A stretch of 64,000 nucleotides of DNA, from positions 800,001-864,000 of the forward strand of contig CAVUDW010000002.1 of the NCBI GenBank assembly GCA_963740355.1. Reading direction: 5' to 3'. Every line of letters starts with the position of its first letter. Within the stretch, counting starts at the first letter, position 1. The position numbers and the translations under genes were made by a program. Source of the DNA: an uncultured Gemmatimonadaceae bacterium (lineage in GTDB: Bacteria > Gemmatimonadota > Gemmatimonadetes > Gemmatimonadales > Gemmatimonadaceae). Of the stretch, positions 1 to 10,478 are shown one piece after another. The notes under the pieces are model-generated. The model saw nothing but the letters and a program-made list of their open reading frames with translations. It was not told where the DNA came from and made no database searches.

Positions 1-1
1 G

Positions 2-1090
2 TTGAGCGTGTTGTACAACAACCTGCAGCGCGCACGCGCGACGGCGGACCGTACGGCGGCGTCGTACTACCGCCTTGCACCGAACCTGATCGGTCGCTCG
101 GAAACGCAGGCGCTGGCGGCCTACACGTACATCCTGCTTGGCGAGACGTTCTGCAACGGCGTCCCGGTGTCGGATTTCGACGTCAATGCCGGCACGTTCG
201 TGCTCGGCACGCCGCAGACCACGGCGCAGTTGTTCACGACGGCATTGGCCAAGCTGGATTCGGCCCTGGTCGGTGTGGACGTCTCGTTGGCCGCGAACGC
301 GCAGGTGGTCAACCTGATTCGCGTCGGTCGCGGTCGCGCATTGCTCAACCTCAACCGTCCGGCTGATGCCGCGGCGGCCGTGGCTGCAGTGCCGACGACC
401 TTCCGCTATCTCCTGTTCCACAGCGAGAACACGGCTCGGCAGAACAACAACATCTTCGCCGTCTCGTTGAACTTCCCGCGCTTCTCGGTCTCCGGGAACG
501 AGGGTGGCACCGGTCTGCGCTACCGCCTCGATGGGGCGACGGACTTCCGCGTGTACGCTCCGCAGGGCCGGGGTGGCGCGCTGTCGCCGGTGGTTGGTGC
601 CGACAACACGACCCCGCAGTTCCTGGTGACGAAGTATCCGTCGCGTTCTGCGCCGGTCGTCTTCGCCGATGGCGTCGAAGCACGCCTGATCGAAGCGGAA
701 AACGCAGCTCGTGCCGGCGCTCCGTATGTCGGGATCCTGAACACGCTGCGCGCTTCGGCCGTGGCGCTAACGGTGACCCCGCCGGGCCCGTCGACGCTCC
801 TCGTCAACCCGCCAGCCGTTGCAGCGTTGCCGCCGCTCACCGCGGGAGCGACTCCTGCGGCGCAGATCGACCAGGTCTTCCAGGAGCGCGCCTACTGGAT
901 GTTCCTGACCGGCCACCGGTTGGGTGACATGCGTCGCCTCATCAAGCACCTCGGCCGCAATTCGGAAACCGTCTTCCCGACGGGCACCTACTTCAAGGGC
1001 GGCACGTACGGTGTGGACGTGAACTTCCCGGTGCCGTTCCAGGAGACGAACAACCCGAACTTCACCCAGTGCCTGGATCGCAACCCATGA
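2..1090 (+). CDS. RagB/SusD-family nutrient-binding outer-membrane lipoprotein (5' truncated by window edge)
   Basis: SusD C-terminal signatures EARLIEAE, ERAYWMFLTGHRLGDMRR, FPVP..E..NNPN; ORF is open at the window start. Confidence 0.85.
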   Translation: MSVLYNNLQRARATADRTAASYYRLAPNLIGRSETQALAAYTYILLGETFCNGVPVSDFDVNAGTFVLGTPQTTAQLFTTALAKLDSALVGVDVSLAANAQVVNLIRVGRGRALLNLNRPADAAAAVAAVPTTFRYLLFHSENTARQNNNIFAVSLNFPRFSVSGNEGGTGLRYRLDGATDFRVYAPQGRGGALSPVVGADNTTPQFLVTKYPSRSAPVVFADGVEARLIEAENAARAGAPYVGILNTLRASAVALTVTPPGPSTLLVNPPAVAALPPLTAGATPAAQIDQVFQERAYWMFLTGHRLGDMRRLIKHLGRNSETVFPTGTYFKGGTYGVDVNFPVPFQETNNPNFTQCLDRNP

Positions 1091-1635
1091 GGAACGCACA
1101 GATGAAGCGCATTGCGGGCATCGCCGCCCTGCTCGTCGTGACGGCATTGACCGTCACGGCCTGCAGCGAGGATTATCCGAATCTGTCCAGCCTTGCACCG
1201 GCGAAGAAGAACTTCGTTGCAACGCTGGTCGGCACGAATGAAGTGCCGTCGGTCACCACGACCGCCGCGGGCAAGATGGAACTGGTGCAGGAGGATTCCG
1301 TCAACATCCTCTACACCCTGAGCACGACGTCGCGCACCGACTCGATCACGATGGCGCACATTCACGCCGGCGCTGCCGGTGCGACTGGGCCGATCATGGT
1401 CTGGTTCTTCCCGACCGAGGCGTCACGCGCCGCCGGAACTGGTGGTGGCACGGCCGCAGCAGTCAACGGCATCGTGCGCGTCGGCCGCATCACCCGCGCC
1501 GGTACGACGTTCGTGGCGCCGTTCACGTGGGATTCGTTGCTCGTGCGGATGAACGCAGGCACTGCCTATGCGAACATCCACACCCGCAAGAACCCGAGCG
1601 GTGAAATCCGCGGTCAGGTTACAGCTGTTCCCTGA
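1087..1635 (+). CDS. CHRD-domain lipoprotein
   Basis: Lipobox VTAC; CHRD motifs ATLVGTNEVP, TMAHIHAG, YANIHT..NPSGEIRGQ; ATGA overlap with the upstream SusD stop. Confidence 0.85.
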   Translation: MRNAQMKRIAGIAALLVVTALTVTACSEDYPNLSSLAPAKKNFVATLVGTNEVPSVTTTAAGKMELVQEDSVNILYTLSTTSRTDSITMAHIHAGAAGATGPIMVWFFPTEASRAAGTGGGTAAAVNGIVRVGRITRAGTTFVAPFTWDSLLVRMNAGTAYANIHTRKNPSGEIRGQVTAVP

Positions 1636-1815
1636 TCGACCCGCTGCTAGCATGTACGACCACGTCCCGCTCGGCTTCGGCCGGGCGGGACGTGGTGCAT
1701 TAGGGTGGCCCAATGTGAGGGCTGCTGGTCCGGCACGGTTGGTGCGAACATGAACTCCAGTGCACTTTCCTGCTGGCCCTGACACCGTGTTCCGTCCTTG
1801 TACACCCCACCCGCC

Positions 1816-2244
1816 ATGTCCGAGTTCTCGCCTGCGATCGGCGCGACCGCTGCAGCCACCCCGGAAGGACTTCCGGTGGTGAAGCCGCGGATCGTGGTCG
1901 CCGAAGATCACGCCGAGATGGCGGATGTGCTCCAGACGTACCTCGAGGCGGCGGGCTACGAGGTGCATCTGGCGCGTGACGGGGTGCTGGCCGCCTCGAT
2001 GATCGACGCCGTACAGCCCGCCCTGGCGGTTCTCGACGCCAACATGCCAGGGCTGAGTGGCTGGACGCTGTTGTCGCGCCTCAAGGAACGCGGGGCGGCG
2101 GCGCCATTGGTCGTCATGCTCACCGGCGACGATGATTTCCCGGCGGAATCGGCCAGTGCCGATGTGATCTTGCGGAAGCCCGCCGCATTGCGCCGCGTGG
2201 CGGCGGTCCTGGCGGAGTTGCTGGCAGGACGAGCCCAGCCCTGA
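1816..2244 (+). CDS. Single-domain response regulator (receiver)
   Basis: VVAEDH acidic pocket, LDANMPG phosphoacceptor Asp, MLTG, RKP; no output domain; start uncertain. Confidence 0.85.
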   Translation: MSEFSPAIGATAAATPEGLPVVKPRIVVAEDHAEMADVLQTYLEAAGYEVHLARDGVLAASMIDAVQPALAVLDANMPGLSGWTLLSRLKERGAAAPLVVMLTGDDDFPAESASADVILRKPAALRRVAAVLAELLAGRAQP

Positions 2245-2771
2245 CTTGGGAGTACTTCAAGGGCGCGGGGCCTTTGGCCCGTGCCAGCACGCGCCGCACA
2301 ACGTGACCTGTCGCGCCGGTCACCGACGAATGATCGCCTGACCATTCTGGCGTCAGATCAGCCGACGGCCATGTCCGTTACACACCGGGCATAATCCACA
2401 AATATCACGCCTGTTTCTGGGATATCTCGAGCTTGTATCGAAGCCGAGTAGGGCGTACGTTCACCGGTTGAGGCAGGTTGGCGCGCGCGACACCGCAGCG
2501 CCCGACTTGCGTCGCGCGCCCTGATCCGGTCCGTCATTCTGGTGGTTTTCCACCTGCACGTTCGATACGAACGAATCATTCTCGGATGATTCGCCAGCAG
2601 CTCCCGTCTGCGGTTTCGCAGTCAGATCGTCTGTTGTGTCGTGTTACGCCAAGCAAGGGAAGAGGTTCCACCCCGGGCGGTCGGCTGCCGGGGTGACGTC
2701 GTCGGAGCGATTCGACGACGGATTCACCAGCCGACGGATCTCCACGTGCGACCGGATTCAGGAGTCCAGAT

Positions 2772-5700
2772 ATGACACGTAGTTCGTGGGTAGGGTTGCC
2801 TCGCGTCGCCGCAGTCATCGCCATGCTGTGTGGAACAGCGGCGATGGTCCAGGCACAGAACGCAACCATTCAGGGCAAGGTGACGTCCGACCAGGGACGT
2901 CCCATCGAAGGCGCGAACATCTTCATCACAGAGATGAACGTGTCAGTGGGCAGTAACGCTGCCGGCAACTACACGATCACCATTCCCGGGGCCCGCGTGC
3001 GTGGCCAGACGGTGGTGTTGCGTGCACGTTCCATCGGCCAGAAGCCGGAACAGGCAACGCTGGTGATCCGGCCGGGCGTGATCACCCAGAACTTCGTCCT
3101 CGTCGCTGACGTCAACCGTCTCAGCCAGGTCGTCGTGACTGGTGTGGCTGGTGCGACCGAGCAGACCAAGGTGACCTTCTCCCTCGCACGCGTCGATAGT
3201 GCTGACATGCCGGTTTCCGGCGTCAACCCGCTCACGCAGCTGCAGGGCAAGGTGGCCGGCGCCGCGATCGTCTCGAGCTCTGGACGCCCTGGCGCACAGC
3301 CGGCGGTGCTGCTCCGTGGACCGACCTCGCTCAACGCCTCCGGTCGCGGCCAGGATCCGCTCTACATCGTCGACGGCGTGATCCTCAACGGTCCGCTGCC
3401 CGACCTGAACTCGCTCGACATCGAAAGCATCGAAGTCGTGAAGGGCGCCGCCGGCGCGTCGCTCTACGGCGCACGCGCAGGCAACGGCGTGATCCAGATC
3501 ACCACCAAGACAGGCAAGGGTGGTGGAGAGAATGTCGTCCGCTTCGGCTTCCGCACTGAAGTCGGCGGTGGTGACATCTACAACAAGGTGCCGCTGGCGC
3601 AGAGCACGTTCCTGGCAACCGACGGCAAGGGCCAGGTGTATTGCTCGGCCGATGCCATTCCGGCCGCCGCGGGCACGTACTCGCAGCCCTGTGTGCGCAA
3701 GATCGACATTTACGCCGAGGCGCTGCGCGTCAACGAGCTCGGTGGTGACTTTGCACTCAATCCGCAGAGCTTCCGCTATGATGGCGGCATCGCCCTGGCG
3801 CTGTCGCAGCGCCAGCTCGCCGGGCTCTATCAGGTCAACCCGTGGCCGGTGACGTATGACGCCGTCGACGCCACGGTGACGAATGGCTCGTTCCAGACGA
3901 GCAACGTGGACGTGACCGGCAAGTATCAGGGTGCGAATTTCTTCGGCAGCATCTCGAACACCGGCCAGACCGGCTCGATTCGCGGCCTGACGGGCCTCAA
4001 GCGCAACACGGTTCGCCTCAACGTGTCGCAGCAGTTCGCGCAGAAGTGGACGGTTGGCCTGAACACGTTCTACAGCCGCCTCGGTCAGGATGGCATCAAC
4101 CAGGACGGCGGCAACGGCTTCTTCCGCCTGACGCGTGTGCCGGCGTACGTGAACCTGCTCGCCACGGATGCCTTCGGCCGCTACTACATCCGCACCAATC
4201 CGCTCAACCAGGGCGGCCAGAACGACAACCCGATCTACAGCTTCACGAATTCCGAGCGTGAAGACAGTCGCGACCGATTCCTCGGCAACGTCGACGTGAA
4301 GTTTACGCCGTTCTCATGGCTCGATGTGCAGGGCCAGTTCGGTTACGATCGCTCGAACGGCGCAGCATTCGGTCTGCAGGACCGCGGCTACCGCACCACA
4401 ACGTCGAGCCCGGCCACCAACAACGGCAACATCTTCCGTTCGTCTTTCGTCGACCAGTCGTACAACACCAGCTTCAACGCCACCGCGCGCCACCAGTTCG
4501 GCAAGCTGAGTGCAAAGGCCAATGCCCGTTACCTCTACGAGCAGCAGGATGGCTCGTCGATCAGCAACTCCGGCAGCAACATCCCGTTCCCGGGCCTGCA
4601 GAACTCCGGCTCGCTGGTGCAGAACCTCGGCATTGGCTCCGGCGTCTCGTCGGTGCGTGGCATCGGCATGTTCCTCAGCACGGACCTCGACTACAACGAC
4701 AAGTACATCCTTTCCGGCCTCATTCGCCGCGATGGATCGTCGCTGTTCGGTGCCGACAATCGCTGGGCGACGTTCGGTCGTGTCTCCGGCGCCTATCGCC
4801 TGAGCCAGGAAAAGTGGTGGCCGTCGAGCTTCATCAACGAGTTCAAGCTGCGCGCCTCGCAGGGATCGGCCGGTGGCCGTCCGAGCTTCGCGGCACAGTA
4901 TGAGACGTTCACGGTCTCGACCGGCGTCATCAACCCGACATTGCTTGGCAACAAGTTCCTGAAGCCGGAAATCAACACCGAGACCGAAGTCGGCATCGAC
5001 GCCGAAATCCTCAGCAAGTACGGCCTCACGGTGACGTACGCGCAGTCGAACATCCGCGACCAGATCCTTCCGGTCCCACAGCCGACGGTGACGGGATTCA
5101 GCTCGCAGTGGCAGAACGCCGGCACGCTGCAGAACAAGGTGTGGGAAGTATCGCTCAACATCCCGCTCATCAGCCGTCCGAACCTGTCGTGGTCCACGCG
5201 CGTGAACTTCGACCGCGTGCGCTCGCAGATCACGCAGCTCGGTGTGCCGGAGTTCTTCACGGCCACTGGCCTGCAGGGCGCTGACAACTCGTTCCGCTTT
5301 GCCGAAGGCGAGAATCTCGGCACGTTCTACGGTCGTCGCTGGGTCCGCGATTGCTCGCAGTTGCCGGCACCGTTCAACACGCAGTGTGGGGCGTACAACT
5401 CCGGCTCGACGTACGAGCCGAATCGTGATGGCTACATCGTCTACACGGGCGGCAAGAGCCAGGACAGCGCCTACACCAACAACTACTACCAGGCGCAGCT
5501 GGCGTCGGGTCCGTGGGCGCAGCGCCTGAACTACGGCATGTTGATCCAGCTGCGTGACTCAGCGACCGGCAACCTGACGCAGCAGAAGTTGGGCAGCGCA
5601 CTGCCGCAGTATCGCTGGAACTTCAGCAACACCTTCAGCTACAAGCGCCTGAACATCTACAGCCTGTTCGACGCGACGGTTGGCCAGAAGGTCTACAACC

Positions 5701-6119
5701 AGGGCCTGCACTGGTCGCTCGGCGACTTCGCGACACGTCAGCAGGACCAGCAGAATGAGAGCGTGACGACGGTTCGTCCGATTGGGTACTGGTGGCGCGG
5801 TGGCCCGCCGATCAACGGCGCGGGCATCGGCGGCTTCTACGACCTCTTGAGCGCTAGCGAGTACTCCACGGAAGACGCGACTTACGGTCGCCTCCGCGAA
5901 GTCTCTATGAGCTTCCGCGTGGGCAAGGTTGGTGGTGTCGGCAATTGGACGGTGGGCGTCGTGGGTCGCAATCTGTTCACGATCACGAACTACCGCGGCT
6001 TCGATCCCGAGACCGGCGTGGCCGGTGGCCAGCTGGGTTCGGCCGTGCTCAACGGTATCGATCGCTATGGGTTCCCGAACCTGCGCACGTTCACCTTCTC
6101 GCTCGGCTCGAGCTTCTGA
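2772..6119 (+). CDS. SusC/RagA-family TonB-dependent outer-membrane transporter
   Basis: Signal peptide, carboxypeptidase-regulatory-like N-domain, plug motif PLYIVDG..DIESIEVVKGAAGASLYGARAGNGVIQITTK, RRDGSSLFG, C-terminal Phe. Confidence 0.95.
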   Translation: MTRSSWVGLPRVAAVIAMLCGTAAMVQAQNATIQGKVTSDQGRPIEGANIFITEMNVSVGSNAAGNYTITIPGARVRGQTVVLRARSIGQKPEQATLVIRPGVITQNFVLVADVNRLSQVVVTGVAGATEQTKVTFSLARVDSADMPVSGVNPLTQLQGKVAGAAIVSSSGRPGAQPAVLLRGPTSLNASGRGQDPLYIVDGVILNGPLPDLNSLDIESIEVVKGAAGASLYGARAGNGVIQITTKTGKGGGENVVRFGFRTEVGGGDIYNKVPLAQSTFLATDGKGQVYCSADAIPAAAGTYSQPCVRKIDIYAEALRVNELGGDFALNPQSFRYDGGIALALSQRQLAGLYQVNPWPVTYDAVDATVTNGSFQTSNVDVTGKYQGANFFGSISNTGQTGSIRGLTGLKRNTVRLNVSQQFAQKWTVGLNTFYSRLGQDGINQDGGNGFFRLTRVPAYVNLLATDAFGRYYIRTNPLNQGGQNDNPIYSFTNSEREDSRDRFLGNVDVKFTPFSWLDVQGQFGYDRSNGAAFGLQDRGYRTTTSSPATNNGNIFRSSFVDQSYNTSFNATARHQFGKLSAKANARYLYEQQDGSSISNSGSNIPFPGLQNSGSLVQNLGIGSGVSSVRGIGMFLSTDLDYNDKYILSGLIRRDGSSLFGADNRWATFGRVSGAYRLSQEKWWPSSFINEFKLRASQGSAGGRPSFAAQYETFTVSTGVINPTLLGNKFLKPEINTETEVGIDAEILSKYGLTVTYAQSNIRDQILPVPQPTVTGFSSQWQNAGTLQNKVWEVSLNIPLISRPNLSWSTRVNFDRVRSQITQLGVPEFFTATGLQGADNSFRFAEGENLGTFYGRRWVRDCSQLPAPFNTQCGAYNSGSTYEPNRDGYIVYTGGKSQDSAYTNNYYQAQLASGPWAQRLNYGMLIQLRDSATGNLTQQKLGSALPQYRWNFSNTFSYKRLNIYSLFDATVGQKVYNQGLHWSLGDFATRQQDQQNESVTTVRPIGYWWRGGPPINGAGIGGFYDLLSASEYSTEDATYGRLREVSMSFRVGKVGGVGNWTVGVVGRNLFTITNYRGFDPETGVAGGQLGSAVLNGIDRYGFPNLRTFTFSLGSSF

Positions 6120-6190
6120 GCCGGACCGGAGTGGGCGCGACGCTGAACGGCGGCGCGCCTGATCCGGGCCTCATAAAACGAGACCATATA

Positions 6191-7831
6191 ATGAAGATTC
6201 GCCTTTCCCGACTGGTGACGCTCGTGAGCGTTGCCAGCCTGGCGGCCTGCGGTGACCCGCTCAGTGTGTCCAACAAGAACGTGGTGGACGTCACATCGGC
6301 ACAGCAGACCGCGCAGGGTATTGAACAGATCATTGGCAAGTCGTTCCAGGCCATGTTCGTCGGCCAGTACAACAGCGGCGGTATCATGCTGCAGGCGATC
6401 AACATGGCGCATGAGAGCAGTTCGTCGCTCGGCAACTTCGGCATGGGCCTGCGCAACGGCGTGCCACGGGTTGCAATCGACAACTCGCGCGCGAACTCGA
6501 CGGCCACGGGGACGAACGCCGACTTCTCGGTGCTGACGCGCCTCGCGCGCCAGAACGTGAATGCGCTGCGGGCGCTCGACAACATCTCGGCCAGCTCTGC
6601 CCCGACGGCCGGTCGCTCGCGCGCCTTCGGTTACTTCGTCCTCGGTTATGCCATGGGCAACCTGGCGGCCATTTACGACTCGGCTGCGATCCTCACGCCT
6701 TCACGGACACCGGAAGATTCGCTCTTCAGCGCGGCGGTCGTGAATGCTCAGGCGCTCGCCATGCTCGACTCCGCGCTCCTGACCGTTCGCGGTCCTGCCG
6801 GTGCGGCGCCGAACTTCCCGATTCCGGCCGACTTCATGACCGGCACCGCGATCGACACCACGCAGTTCATTCGCATGGTGCGCTCGTACAAGGCGAAGTT
6901 CCGCGCCGGCATCGCACGCACGCCAGCGCAGCGCGCTGCGGTGAACTGGGAATTGGTCCGCGCCGACGCCGCAGCCGGCATCACCGCCAACATCACCATC
7001 GCGCTCGATCCGTCCATCGGCTGGTCGAACAGCGACCTGACGACGCTGATGCAGTTCATCGGGTGGCACCAGACGCCGGCGTTCATCCTCGGCATGGCTG
7101 ACACCAGTGGCACGTACAGCTCATATCTGTCGCTGCCTATCACGGGCAGCCCGTCACGCAATGGCGCCACCGTGCTGATTCGCACGCCGGACAAGCGCTT
7201 CCCGGTTGGTGAAACGCGTGCGGCGCAGCAGACATTCCAGAGCGATGTGGTTCCTCTCTCGGGTGTCTACTTCCGCAATCGTCCCAGCGGCCAGGACACC
7301 GGCAACAACGCCGACCCATGGTCAAACTCGGTGTACGACAACTTCCGATTCCGACCGATTCGCGATGCGAACGGTATCGGGAGCTGGGTGTTGATGGCCG
7401 CCACGGAAATCCGGATGCTTCAGGCCGAGGCGCTGATGAATCTCGGTCGTACGGCCGAGGCGATTCCGCTGATCAACGTGACACGCACGGCCAACAACCT
7501 GCCGGCGATTCCGACGACGGCAGCGTCCACGGATCCGGTTCCCGGAGGCACAGCCTGTGTGCCGCGCGTTCCGCAGCCGGGCGTCTACACGACGGCGGTG
7601 TGTGGCTCCGTGTTCGAAGCGATGAAGTGGGAGAAGCGTCTGGAAACGCAGCTGACTGGCTACTGTCAGTGGTTCCTTGACGCCCGTGGCTGGGGCGACC
7701 TGCCGGTCGGTACGGGTCTGTCGTGGCCGGTGCCGTATCAGGAGCTGGATTCGCGCGCCAAGCCGCTGTACAACGGCATCGAGCTCGCTGGGGCCAGCAC
7801 ATATGGTCTCGGACGCGGCAACGGTTTCTGA
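6191..7831 (+). CDS. RagB/SusD-family lipoprotein
   Basis: MKIRLSRLV..LAAC lipobox from ATG 6191; EIRMLQAEA, EKRLE...WFLDARGWG..PVP motifs; directly follows SusC. Confidence 0.85.
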   Translation: MKIRLSRLVTLVSVASLAACGDPLSVSNKNVVDVTSAQQTAQGIEQIIGKSFQAMFVGQYNSGGIMLQAINMAHESSSSLGNFGMGLRNGVPRVAIDNSRANSTATGTNADFSVLTRLARQNVNALRALDNISASSAPTAGRSRAFGYFVLGYAMGNLAAIYDSAAILTPSRTPEDSLFSAAVVNAQALAMLDSALLTVRGPAGAAPNFPIPADFMTGTAIDTTQFIRMVRSYKAKFRAGIARTPAQRAAVNWELVRADAAAGITANITIALDPSIGWSNSDLTTLMQFIGWHQTPAFILGMADTSGTYSSYLSLPITGSPSRNGATVLIRTPDKRFPVGETRAAQQTFQSDVVPLSGVYFRNRPSGQDTGNNADPWSNSVYDNFRFRPIRDANGIGSWVLMAATEIRMLQAEALMNLGRTAEAIPLINVTRTANNLPAIPTTAASTDPVPGGTACVPRVPQPGVYTTAVCGSVFEAMKWEKRLETQLTGYCQWFLDARGWGDLPVGTGLSWPVPYQELDSRAKPLYNGIELAGASTYGLGRGNGF

Positions 7832-7834
7832 GTG

Positions 7835-8299
7835 ATGTCAGCGTCGACGTTTTCGCGCACGATCGTGGCTGCCGTCACGGCCTTCGGGTTGAGCGGTTGC
7901 TACGAATACGTCCCGATGCAAAGCACGACCGCGGCCAGCCCGCGGGTGGAAGTGCTGGTCACGGACCGCGGGCGCGTCGAGCTGACACCGCAGCTCGGTC
8001 AGGGTGTGCTGTCGTTCGAAGGCACGCTCGACCGTCGCAGCGACTCTTCGTACGTGGTTCGGGTGGCCGAGGTGACGTACATCAACCGGCAAACGAATCG
8101 CTGGAGTGGTGAACCAATCACGGTGTCGCAGGGTGCGGTGCGCGACATCCGGGTTCGACGTCTCTCGAAGCTGCGCACGTTTGCTGTGGTGGCCGGTTCC
8201 GTAGGTGCGGGAATCGTCTTCGTGGTGTCACGCGGCCTGTTTGGCGGCGGCTCCATCGATTCGGATCCCAATCCACCGCCGCCGCCGAACGGCCAGTGA
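7835..8299 (+). CDS. Hypothetical lipoprotein with C-terminal hydrophobic segment
   Basis: LSGC lipobox; immediately after the SusD stop; C-terminal hydrophobic helix and Pro-rich tail. Confidence 0.7.
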   Translation: MSASTFSRTIVAAVTAFGLSGCYEYVPMQSTTAASPRVEVLVTDRGRVELTPQLGQGVLSFEGTLDRRSDSSYVVRVAEVTYINRQTNRWSGEPITVSQGAVRDIRVRRLSKLRTFAVVAGSVGAGIVFVVSRGLFGGGSIDSDPNPPPPPNGQ

Positions 8300-8348
8300 T
8301 CGGTCCCTCATCTTCTCCATTCATCGAATTCCTTTTTCACTGAATCCC

Positions 8349-9200
8349 ATGACCTTCCGTCTCTCCCCCGCGCTGCGCGTCGCGGTTGCCGTACTGGCAA
8401 CCGGTCTGATGGCCGCGTGCAGCAAGGACACTGGTCCGACCGTCAACACGCTCGGTCCCCGCGCCAGTGTGCGCGTGATCAACGCAGTGCCCGATACGGG
8501 CTCCATGGACTACCGGTTCGTCGACAGCGTCGAAGCACCGATCGAACTCGGTCTGGTGTTCCGCGCGGCCTCGGGGTACCAGCCGTTCAAGGTCGGTGCG
8601 CGTCGCGTGCGTGCCTTCGCCGCAAGCCAGTCACCGACCATCGTGTTCGGCGCGCCGATCATCGACCAGGTGATCAACCTCGAGGCGAACAAGTACTACA
8701 CGCTCATCCATGTCGGCCTCGCGAACACGGGCGGCACGGGTGACAGCATCATCGTGCTCGTCGACAGCATCCCGACGCTGGCGGCGTTGAACAACAGCGT
8801 CGCGATCCGCGGCGTGCATGCCGCACCGTCGGTGGGCGCCGTGAATGTCTTCACGACGCGCACGGTTGCTGCAGCGCTACCGGCAACACCGGCCTTCGCG
8901 AACCTGCAGTACGGTCGCACCACGGGCTACATCCGTCTGACGGCGCCTGATTCGGTTGCCGCGCGCATCTCCGTCGCCGCGAGCCCAACCACTGTGCTTT
9001 CCGCACTGGCACAGGTCGGTCAGGCCGGTACGTCGCAGCTGAATCCGATCGGTGGCTCACGCATCGCCGGCACGTCTTTGTCGGCAGTGGCATTCCCGGC
9101 CGGCCTCGGCGCACGCGCCACGGGCACGGCCACCACGCCGTCGGTCGTCTGGTTCGTCGATGGCGATCCGCCGGAGACGGTGCCGAGGCTCCGCCCGTAA
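8349..9200 (+). CDS. DUF4397-like lipoprotein
   Basis: MAAC lipobox; two repeats of the VRVINAVPD / IRGVHAAPS..AVNVF motif typical of DUF4397. Confidence 0.75.
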   Translation: MTFRLSPALRVAVAVLATGLMAACSKDTGPTVNTLGPRASVRVINAVPDTGSMDYRFVDSVEAPIELGLVFRAASGYQPFKVGARRVRAFAASQSPTIVFGAPIIDQVINLEANKYYTLIHVGLANTGGTGDSIIVLVDSIPTLAALNNSVAIRGVHAAPSVGAVNVFTTRTVAAALPATPAFANLQYGRTTGYIRLTAPDSVAARISVAASPTTVLSALAQVGQAGTSQLNPIGGSRIAGTSLSAVAFPAGLGARATGTATTPSVVWFVDGDPPETVPRLRP

Positions 9201-9235
9201 TTCAGGCTGCAATCGCATTGAAGTAGCAGAAGACA

Positions 9236-9271
9236 AACGACGGCGTCCCGAGTTTCCGGGACGCCGTCGTT
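9236..9271. terminator. Hairpin between convergent genes, probable bidirectional terminator
   Basis: AACGACGGCGTCCCG-agtttc-CGGGACGCCGTCGTT, perfect 15-bp stem. Confidence 0.7.
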
Positions 9272-9297
9272 GCATTCGCCTACTACCACGATCGACC

Positions 9298-10443
9298 TTA
9301 CGGTTGCGCGGCGCGGAATGCGATGGTCATCCGCACACGCTGTGCGACGGGCTGCTCGTTGCGACGTGCCGGTTCGAAGGTGAAGAGCGGAAGCCCCTCG
9401 AGCGCAGCCTCGCCAAACGCCTTGTGGGTGCTGGCGACGACCCGCGCGGTGCGGGTGTACGGCCGCCCGTCGCTGGCTACCACCAGCTCGAGTTGCACTT
9501 CACCATCCAGAGCCTTGCGACGCAATGACGCTGGATACACGGGCGTCACACTACGTGCGGTGTCGAGCTGCGCCAGCGCGTCGACATCGGCTTCGCTGAA
9601 GATCAGCGAATCCGGAAGCGTCTCGCCGCGTGCGACATGCGGCTCCGGCAGGTAGGTATCCGATCGTCGCGACCAGATCGCAATGGTGCCGCACCGGCTG
9701 CCGTTGTTGAGTGCGAGGAACTCGGGCGGCGTGCGGGACGCGTCAGGGTAGACCTCCACCGCTGCCAGCCCTCGCGGGTCGAAGCCTTCGGTGTTGATCT
9801 CGCCGATGTTGGCCTGAGCCATCCCATCGATGATCAACAACGGATAGCACCGCTCGGCGACGCGTCGTCCTCCGCGCCCGGGGAGCGACGTGGGGCGCAT
9901 GCCAAGTTCGCCGAGACCGTTGACGGTGCGGAGCACGTCGCTGAGGCGCTGGGCATTGCGGGATAACATGTCCGCATGAGTAAAGAACACGCCTTCGCCC
10001 TTGGCACGCCTTTCGTAAAATGCGGCCAGAGGGCCACTATATACGGGGCGACGCGCGGCGGAGACGGTGACCGTGCTGAGGCGGGCGGCTATCGGGTCGA
10101 CAGTCACGACGGTGGCGATCGGTGCCACACCGCAGGATGGGAAGAGCATGATCCTCGCCGGCGCGAAGCCGAGTCGGCGAACGCGGGCGTAGATCGGCGA
10201 GCTGGAGGCGGTGGGGATTCGTGTCTCACCGAGTGAATCGGTCCGGTGCAATGCGTCGCCAATCACGACCGTTGCTTCCGGCAGTGCGGTACCGCTGCTG
10301 TCACGCACCTGCACCGACGCAGCACAGGAGGTCGCTGTTTGCGCCGACAGCCACGCCGCTGTCAGCGACTCGGCGACGAGCAGCGACAGCGCGCGAACGG
10401 AACGCGATTTGGTACAGGGAAAGGCACTCAGCAAGCGAAACAT
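9298..10443 (-). CDS. Carboxypeptidase-regulatory-like + TonB-receptor plug-like + TonB C-terminal domain fusion protein
   Basis: VRRLGFAP (CarboxypepD_reg-like), FYERRAKGEG..CYPLLIIDG..VEVY..CGTIAIWSR (plug-like), then PVYP..GEVQLELVVASDGR..FTFEPARRN.QPV (TonB_C). Confidence 0.75.
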   Translation of the reverse strand: MFRLLSAFPCTKSRSVRALSLLVAESLTAAWLSAQTATSCAASVQVRDSSGTALPEATVVIGDALHRTDSLGETRIPTASSSPIYARVRRLGFAPARIMLFPSCGVAPIATVVTVDPIAARLSTVTVSAARRPVYSGPLAAFYERRAKGEGVFFTHADMLSRNAQRLSDVLRTVNGLGELGMRPTSLPGRGGRRVAERCYPLLIIDGMAQANIGEINTEGFDPRGLAAVEVYPDASRTPPEFLALNNGSRCGTIAIWSRRSDTYLPEPHVARGETLPDSLIFSEADVDALAQLDTARSVTPVYPASLRRKALDGEVQLELVVASDGRPYTRTARVVASTHKAFGEAALEGLPLFTFEPARRNEQPVAQRVRMTIAFRAAQP

Positions 10444-10478
10444 CTGCGAACCCTTCAACCTCCTGTGGCGGTCGGCCG

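Noticed and set aside
6120..6175. Stem-loop between susC and susD as a separate ncRNA
   Set aside because: Short GC-rich intercistronic hairpin, adequately explained as an mRNA stability element.
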